A stretch of DNA of 64,000 bases from the human T2T-CHM13v2.0 reference genome, Homo sapiens. The stretch lies in NCBI RefSeq assembly GCF_009914755.1, contig NC_060933.1. One strand, given 5' to 3'. Positions 54,240 to 64,000 of the stretch are shown here, in pieces. Within the stretch, counting starts at the first letter, position 1. Each line of letters begins with the position of its first letter. The notes beneath the pieces are model-generated. The model saw only the letters and a program-made list of their open reading frames with translations. It searched no databases and was not told where the DNA came from. The position numbers and the translations under genes were made by a program.

Positions 54240-54850
54240 TAACCTAAATGCATTTCTCCTTTGGTAGAGGAGCCAATGGCCCAGCATTGGACAGGAGGTA
54301 TGAATGTAGGTATGTATAGGAAGAGGCCGACAGTACTCATGGGTTGAAAAATTGTGTTTGTTTTTAAAGTATCCTTTTCCAGCGCTGAAAGAGAGAAAGC
54401 AAAGAACAAAAAATTCACCTTAAGCACATCTGAGAGCCATAAGGTTAACAGCTGTCATGGTACTGCTGCTAAAATTCTGAAAAGACAATGTCAGATCTAG
54501 ACTTGCTGGGATAAAACACAGCTGGCCACAGCTGAAAGGCAGAAAAATACCCTCAGATCCTAAAGGAAAAATGAAGAGACAAAATTGCAGTCGATAATGC
54601 ATTAATGAGGTGAACTCTAGTGTATATACACACACACATACACGCACACAGACACACACCCTATAAATTGCAGAAAGAATTTCACTCTGTAGAAAAGAAG
54701 GCTCAGAAAGATAAGTCCTAAGTGTTCAGTCTGATTCTCCACCAACCCCCACCCTCAGGAGCCTTCCAGTGGGCATTCTTCTGAGAGAGAAACTAGAATA
54801 GGCCAGAGCATTTAAGATGGTGCAACCAGTAGTTTATTAATTAATGTACA

Positions 54851-55134
54851 GGCAGGGCGCAATGGCTCACTCCTGTAATCCCAGCAGTTGGGAGGCTAAG
54901 GTGGGTGGATCGCTTGAGTTCGAGATCAGCCTGGATAACATGGCAAAACCCTGTCTCTAGAAAAAATTACAAAAATTAGCCAGGGGTGGTGATGCATGCC
55001 TGTAGCCCCAGCTACTCAGGTGGCTAAGATGGCAGGATCACTTGAGCCTGGGAGGTTGAGGCTGCAGTGAGCCGTGATGGCACCACTGCACTCCAGCCTC
55101 AGTGACAGAGTGAGACACTGTCTCAAAAAAAAAA
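54851..55134 (+). mobile_element. Alu (J-like)
   Basis: TSD AATTAATGTACA at 54839-54850 and 55133-55144. Confidence 0.92.
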
Positions 55135-55142
55135 TTAATGTA

Positions 55143-55557
55143 CAAAGTGCCCCAACTTACAATGGGGTTGCATCCTGATAAACCCACCGTAAACTGAAGA
55201 TACCTTAAGTCACAAATGTTGTTAATACACCTACCGAACACCATAGCTTAGCCTAGCCTACCTTAAACATACTCAGCATACTTACATTAGCCTACAGTAG
55301 GGCAAAATCATCTGGCCACACAACACATTACAGAGTGTCAATAGTTTAGCCCTGTGATCATGGGGCTGACTGAGATCTGAGGCTCCCTGCTGCTGCCCAG
55401 CATTGAGAGAGTGTCTTACTGCATATTCTGGTATGATACCCAGGGAAAAGAGCACAGTTCAGAATTTAGTATGATTTCCACTCAACACATGCTGCTTTCA
55501 CACCATTGTAAAGTGGAAAAGTCCTAAGTAAAACCATCATAAGTTTGGGATCATCTA
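55143..55557 (+). mobile_element. MER47-like TcMar-Tigger fossil
   Basis: ACTTACAATGGGGTT...GATAAACCC...CATAGCTTAGCCTAGCCTACCTTAAAC...CATCATAAGT pattern. Confidence 0.7.
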
Positions 55558-56177
55558 TATTGCTAATTAAGTGATAATTAATTGGTAAATAGTTCATTAG
55601 TAGCATAGGGACTTTGGGTAGTGGGCCTTATTTAATTGTATGAACTGTATCCAGGCTGGCCTCTCTATAGCATCCCAGTGAACAGTGGTCCATTCTAAGG
55701 TTGAATACCTCCAGGGACAGTGAGCTTATGAACCCCTTGCCTTCTAGGCAGTCCTTTCCCTCACTGAGCACAAATTAGCTTCCATAAAGCTTCTTGCCAC
55801 TGGTATAAGTTCTGCTCTTTGGGAGTCATCACCCTCAGGAAAGAACAAACAAGGTGGCACAGCAAAGGATCCTGTGAAAAAAATCTGCTCTGAAATTCCA
55901 GAGGAAGAGATCTGCTCAGACAGATCTTTTCACGGGAACCCTCACTGTGCCACTTTGAAGGGCATTAAAACATCTCCTCTATGTCTTTGGATGTCTTTGG
56001 AATAACCCCATTTGGAAGGGATGGTGGTTTTGGAATGTTAACTAGAGGAAGCACATTCAGGAGTAAAGCAAGGGCAGGATTATGGAGCTGAGAGCCTAAT
56101 CTTATAGAAAACTTCTGCAACCCCATTCCCCTGGCTGTGTCCCATTGAGATACACATTCGCATACAATCTATTTTTA

Positions 56178-57018
<841 letters not shown>

Positions 57019-59362
57019 AAAAGGACATTGCTACAAGAACCACTGTGAAATCATAGGCCCATATGCTAAAACGGCTGTGGGAGACAGCTGAGTCCATCCC
57101 TTCTCCCATTTTGCAGATGGAGACACTAAGGCCCAGAGAAGGAAATAGAATTGCCAAAGGTTCTACAGTGAGTTCATGGGAGGGGCAAGACTAATGAGAA
57201 AAGGGACATCTCTTGGACATCACTGGGCACTGTGCTTTGCATACATGATCATATTCCATCCTCAAAACAAACCTGTGCAGCAGGTTTTGTTAGTACTCCG
57301 GTTTCACAGATGAAGCCTCAAATCTGAGGCTCAGACCTGGGAAGTTGCCCAGGATCACACAGTTAGGAGATGGCAGAGCTGGAATTTGAAAGCCAGTCTG
57401 ATTTTCCACACAAATCGTTTGACCACTAACACTTTCGGGTTGCCTAAAACCCAGGCCCCGTCTCCCCACTCCCCTAAGTCCACTCTATCCCTGTAGTCCT
57501 CCATTATGTTACATTGACTCCTAAAGAAAAAAGATCCAGATGGTCACAGCTTTGGAGGATTTGCAAAGCACTTCTGTGCCTTCCTGCACATCATCTCAGG
57601 AGATCCTGATACCAGACCGAGCTTGTAGCCTGGCCAGAAATAGCATGCTCATTTCACAAAGCAAGAACTGTTGGGTTTCCTTCAATCTAATGATTTCACC
57701 ACCATCTGTGCGATAGCTGAGCAAAGTCAACAGGTTGATAAACTCCTGTGGTAGGAATGGGGACCCTTGACCTGCCAATAGGGAAGAACAGACATACAGA
57801 ACTTGGCCAGGGAAACTTTTAATCCAGAAGAAAAAAGTGTATTTTCTCTCCTTATATGTTATAAATAGAATAATGAGATAATCCTGGATTTTAAAAACTC
57901 AACTCTGGTGTTTATATTTTAATTTATTCTCAGAAGGGTAGGAGGGTCTAGAGGAAATGCAAAATGTGAGTCTTATTTTATGATTTGCTATGGTAAGCCA
58001 CATTTAATCCCGTTCTTCAGTGAAAGGATTTACGAAGGATACAACACAATGTACCTGTCTGTTGCCTTCATTGTATTTTTTCCCAGATTTTTATTTAGTT
58101 TGCAATGTTACAACAATAAGGGAAATTAAAAGGAAAGAAAATTATCCATAATCCTACCACCCTAACAAATGAACTGTTCAGTGTTCCTCTTACTTCAGGC
58201 AAAATTTACATAGGTGATTTATGAGTGTAGTTACAGCCTCGCATTCATTCGGCTTTCACACCTGACAGTTTATCATTATAATGCCACAGGTTTTCATGAT
58301 TATCATTTAAAAATAAATGTTTTAATAATTATTTTAATGGCTGCTTAATACTCTTTTAAGTGGATATATCATTCCCTAGTATTATATATTTAGAAGGACT
58401 CCCATTTTTCACTATCACAGATAATCCCAAAGTGCATGTCTTCATACATATCACATTCTCCTATTTTTGCCATTTCTTTAAAATCCCCGGATCTAGATTT
58501 TGCTGGGTCAAAGGGCCTGAATGCTTGCATGGCTCTTGATATATATGGGCAAATCGCTTTGCCAAAGGATTTTATACATTTACTTTGCCTCTAGTAATGG
58601 ATGAGGAGGATAGTCTCATACCATGCTCTTGCCACAACCAAGGGAAATCTACCAACAAATGAAATGTAACTTGATAAGCAATGTTTTTACTTCATTTTGA
58701 CAAATGGCTTGACAAGCCTGTCGCAGGATCTCTATTCTCTTATCTCTGTTGCTGTCATAAATTAAGTGCCTATACCAAGAATTTGGGAAAGCGCCAAAGC
58801 AATTATTATACCCATTTTATAGCTGAGGAAACTGAGTCTCAAACCAGGGTTTTCCCCAATAGGCTGGACAGTGAGTAAGTGGAAGTGCTGAGACTTTGGT
58901 AATATCATCAACTGTCGTGAACCAAAGATGATGCATTGGTTTCTTATAACCTCCTGGAATGTTTTCTGGGGTTTATTTTGTTTTTTAATCCCCCAGGTTT
59001 TTGGAGAAGCTGGGAAACGTGTTTACATCAGGTATGTTTGTAACTTCTCTTTAACAAGTATCATCATCCTCTGCCAGCCTCCAATTGCTACTTAAAGCAC
59101 GTGCTTAGTTTGGAGGAGACTTTTGATATATTTTTTTTGCTGGAGAATCTCTCACCTTCAAAGCTGGAAGGAATGTCAGAGAGAATCTCATACCACTGGC
59201 TTATTTTGGAGATGGAGAAACTGAGGCCCAAAGAAGGGAAAGGACTTGCCCAGTTTCATTCACAGAGCTGGCAGCAGAGTTAGGATCTATGCCCTGGTTT
59301 AAAATGTTGCCTAGAGCACATCAGTGGGTCACTTGTGTTTTGTGAGATATTCATAAGTATAG

Positions 59363-59650
<288 letters not shown>

Positions 59651-59968
59651 TGAGAAACACTAGATACCTTATGTTTCTTTTGGAATTCCCTGGTGAAACA
59701 AGTCTCGGTAACACTAAGCTAATGTGAAACAGATTTATTTATTAAAGGACTTTCCAAAGTGTAATACCCCAAATGACATTTGTTTATTTTTATTTTGTTT
59801 TGGTGGGGTTTTTGTGTGTGTGTGTGTTTTGGTCACTGTTGTTTTATGTTGAGCAAATATCTTCTTTTTACTAGATTTTACTTTTAAATTATAATTTGCT
59901 CTTCTTTTTGGACTAGGGAGTACATACATATGGCTCAAATTTAAAAGGTACAGAGAGAACCTGAGGGA

Positions 59969-60038
59969 AAGTCTCTTCCTACCTCTGCCCCTCAACCACC
60001 CGGAAGTCTCTTCCTACCTCTGCCCCTCAACCACCCGG
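59969..60038. repeat. Perfect 2 x 35 bp tandem duplication
   Basis: AAGTCTCTTCCTACCTCTGCCCCTCAACCACCCGG at 59969-60003 and 60004-60038. Confidence 0.95.
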
Positions 60039-61595
60039 TATACCTCCCTGGTAACCTTGTAATCAGTGTTACCGTATTCTTGCAGAGTTATGTTTCCGCT
60101 TAATGATATATCTTGGTGATTGTTCCACACTGGTACTTTAAGGGCTTCCTTGTTCTTCTTCGTATATTTTTCCTGCAGCGGGGTATTCTGATCGATACGC
60201 ATTTAAATCTCCAATTGGAAGATAGTCTCTACCCTTGGGGAGCATACAGTTTCCTGCAAAAATGAGGTGTGTTCATTATGGCTGCTGAAAGAAGGGAGCA
60301 GGTGCACTGGGAAGAGATAGGAAGTATGGTAGGCAAGCAGAGGAAAGAGGTCACTCTGAGTTGAGTTTGGATATTGGATGGGAGCTGGGACCTGAGAAAC
60401 TGCCTGTTGCAGGTGAGTCTCCGGCTGATGGACAGTGACAAAGTGTCTTTTGTTTTAAAACAAAGAAGGTCAACATGTGTATAGATCTGGCCAACATGAA
60501 CATTTAGCTGCTGAGCCCAAAAGCTTGATTTTTATTAGCTATATTTGTTGCCCATATATTGGAACAGATCTTAAAGTGGAAGTCAGATGTGTATTATCAG
60601 ATACCATTTGGAGTAATGAGTGTATTTTCCTAATCTTTCCAACACCAACCTAAAAACTCATCTCAAAAGCATGCATACTAATTAATTTGTTTTCCATATA
60701 GTAATAAGATTAACAACCTCGCATTTACACGGGGTACTGAGTCATGCTCAAATAAAACAAGTTCTAATGAGAAAAATTGAATGTGGCAGCAAATCATGTC
60801 CCACCCGGCAATCCAGGTTTATGTGTGTTTGTCTGTCTTTGCTACACGTATTTTTGTCAGGATCTCACTGTAAACAAGATGATTTCTCTCATGTTGGGTT
60901 AGTCTAGGTAAATTTGTTTAATGAACAACAAAGTCATTGTAAACATTGCACAAATCTGAGTGCCTGGCAGCATGGCTAGGAATCTTTTAAGCAGCTTCAA
61001 AAAATGAAACGTGTACACCAAAAAAAAAACAATATTGAGAGAAAACACTATTAATATGTCAAGGCTCTTAGACATGCAGCCTGGCTCAATTCTATTCTGA
61101 ACAATAGAAGAATTTGTGATGGGATGACATGTGATCTTGCACAGTCACTCTACCTCGCCGAATCTGGGCCTCAGTTTCTTCCTCTGTTAACTGGATAGCA
61201 TCCACCTGCTAATCATCAGTATCAGCTGCAAGTGGAGGGTAGGAAGTGGGAGCTTTAAAATATACACATGGCCAAACTGCCCTACTAAATTCCAGTTCTA
61301 TCAGACCCCAAAACCCTAATCTCTGGGGGCTGGGGTCCCAGGATCTACAATTTTAAAAACAAATTTTTCATGTGATTTGATGATCAGGCAGGTTTGGGAC
61401 CCTCTGAACTAGACAGATTACCACTAAGATCTTTTCCAGATTTCATGACCATCAAAACTGATGATTCTAAAAACTCATCTTGGAAAATACTGTTGTGTGT
61501 CTGGGCAGAAGAAGAACACTGGTAAGGGAGGCAGGATTCTGGATTTGAGTCCTAGGGCTCCCCTCAAGCTATCCAGGGGACACTGGAAAAGCCAT

Positions 61596-61894
<299 letters not shown>

Positions 61895-62364
61895 GTCACT
61901 TCACTCTGGACCTTAGTCTCTTTATCCACAAAGTAAAGGCACTGGAGCAGGCAGTCTCAGGGCCTTCCTCTCACATTCTGCAGCCTAATTCTGATTCCTT
62001 TGGGATTCATTGCACATAAATCCTTTGGTGACTGAATACAGAGACTGGTCAGGGAGGCTGGTTGGGTTCATCTGCGGTAGCGTACCCATTCTTCCTGAGG
62101 CCTAGGGAATCTCTTCTGCCTTCTACCCTTGGTGGGTCCCACCCCTCCAGCTCTTTCAGAGGGGCTGAGGGTGTGTTCTGGCCCAGAGCCAGGCACCTCC
62201 TCAACCCCTACTCCTTTCTTCCATTTAGGACTCAACTTATTCCAGCTTTTTCTGTTCCTCCAAGACAAGATCTATGAAAGATCCCCGATACCTTATCCCT
62301 CAGAGACCCCCTACATAGTAAATCCCCAAAAGTATCTGAGAAATGAGAATGATTGAGTGAATGA

Positions 62365-62705
<341 letters not shown>

Positions 62706-63134
62706 TTCCAGCTTTAACATTCAATGCCTCTATCCCTCTCTGTCCTCAGAGGGTTGGTTCATCCTCAGTGAGGTGAAAGAGGACAAAGTCTTGTCAGGTC
62801 TAGATACAGCATAGGACCATGCAAAGAGTGGGCCGCTTCAGCCAAACGTCGAGCCTGTCAGTTTTACTAACTTCATATAAATGGGATTATACTGGATGTA
62901 TTCTCTGTGTCTTGTTTTTCACCCAACATTATATTCTATATCCTTACTAGGATGGGGATTATCAGGGATCACTTTTAATTATTCATTAAACTATATACAT
63001 ATGCTTTCTGCATTTTCAGTATCTGCACTATACTTCACAATAAAAGAAGAATTCAGGGAACCCAAGACAATTAGCATTTGTTTTCAACTGACAACCTAGA
63101 ATGAGTGTTCTCTTTTAGTCTTAAAAAAAAAAGT

Positions 63135-63398
63135 GGTTGGGTGTAGTGGCTCACATCTGTAATCCCAGAACTTTGGGAGGTGGAGGCAGGAGGATCACTT
63201 GAGACCAAGAATTCAAGACTAGCCTGGACAACATGGCAGATCCTCATCTCTACAAAAAATAAAAAATTAACTGGGCAAGGTAATGCCTGTAGTCCCAGCA
63301 ACTCGGGAGGCTGAGGCAGGAGGATCACCTGGCAGCAGTAAGCCAAGATCACGTCACTACACTCCAGAGTGACAGCCTGTCTCAAAAAAAAGAAAAAA
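63135..63398 (+). mobile_element. Degenerate Alu (J-like)
   Basis: Left arm intact, right arm internally deleted; flanking AAAAAAGTG. Confidence 0.85.
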
Positions 63399-64000
63399 GT
63401 GACTTGGAACCTGCAAGATCTTCACAAAAGGTAAGAACCTTGGGGAAGTTTTTCACCTGGGAACTTTACCTGAAAGCTTGTCATTTTTTCACCCCTTGGC
63501 GAGTATTCAGTCAACAGAAGCATTGCCCTCACTTTATGGGTCACACATCACATGGGACTGTGTCTCTCCTACCAAGTGGTCTAATCTGTCTGAGCTTTAG
63601 TTTCTTCATATGGAAAACGATGATGTCACTGGCAGCATGGTGGGGGTTGTGGAGGATGCCGACATAAATGAAGTATGAGGACACGACTTACCATACTCTA
63701 CGATTGGGTCTAAAATCTGCACATGTGGCAAGGTAACAGTGTGGAAAATGGGGGTTATATGCTTTGTGTTGGTAAACTTGAGAAAGAGTTAGGGGAAATC
63801 ATTTTCCACTAGGAGACCCAGTTCAGCAACACTTTAGTATTTACCTGCCTGGGCTGCCTCATGCATTGCTCTGTGGGGAGTCAGGGTTTAATGAAGTGGG
63901 ATAAACCACACACACACATTAGTTAGCATCAGCACAGGCAGGATTAACTTTACACTCCATTTGCAAGAGAAAAGCTCCTCTCCTAGAGTTTGTTATAAAG

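Overview
Primate genomic DNA (Alu-rich; the encoded peptides match human as I recall them) covering the 5' half of PAX5 (BSAP, 9p13) on the minus strand. It holds the alternative first exons 1A (TATA promoter) and 1B (TATA-less CCAAT/GC-box promoter in a CpG island), exons 2-3 (paired domain), exon 4, exon 5 (octapeptide and NLS), about 12 kb of intron 5 and about 20 kb of upstream sequence with a processed RPL32 pseudogene. All exon boundaries were read from GT/AG signals and the frame is intact. The known leukaemia hotspot codons (V26, R38, P80, G183) are wild type. The other ORF-track entries are Alu, low-complexity or GC-rich artefacts. I see no evidence of a wholly new biological system. 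The least-explained signals are: (1) a non-collinear mosaic of locally copied segments in intron 3 that carries a duplicated antisense AATAAA; (2) an exon-1A leader with three upstream ATGs in all three frames followed by an internal A29-G-A9 tract; (3) a motif cluster fitting the intron-5 B-cell enhancer, plus a candidate midbrain-hindbrain enhancer bracketed by a diverged direct repeat; (4) nested retroposition of an Alu into the target-site duplication (TSD) of the RPL32 pseudogene. Repeat subfamilies and motif calls are by eye, not from RepeatMasker or ChIP data.
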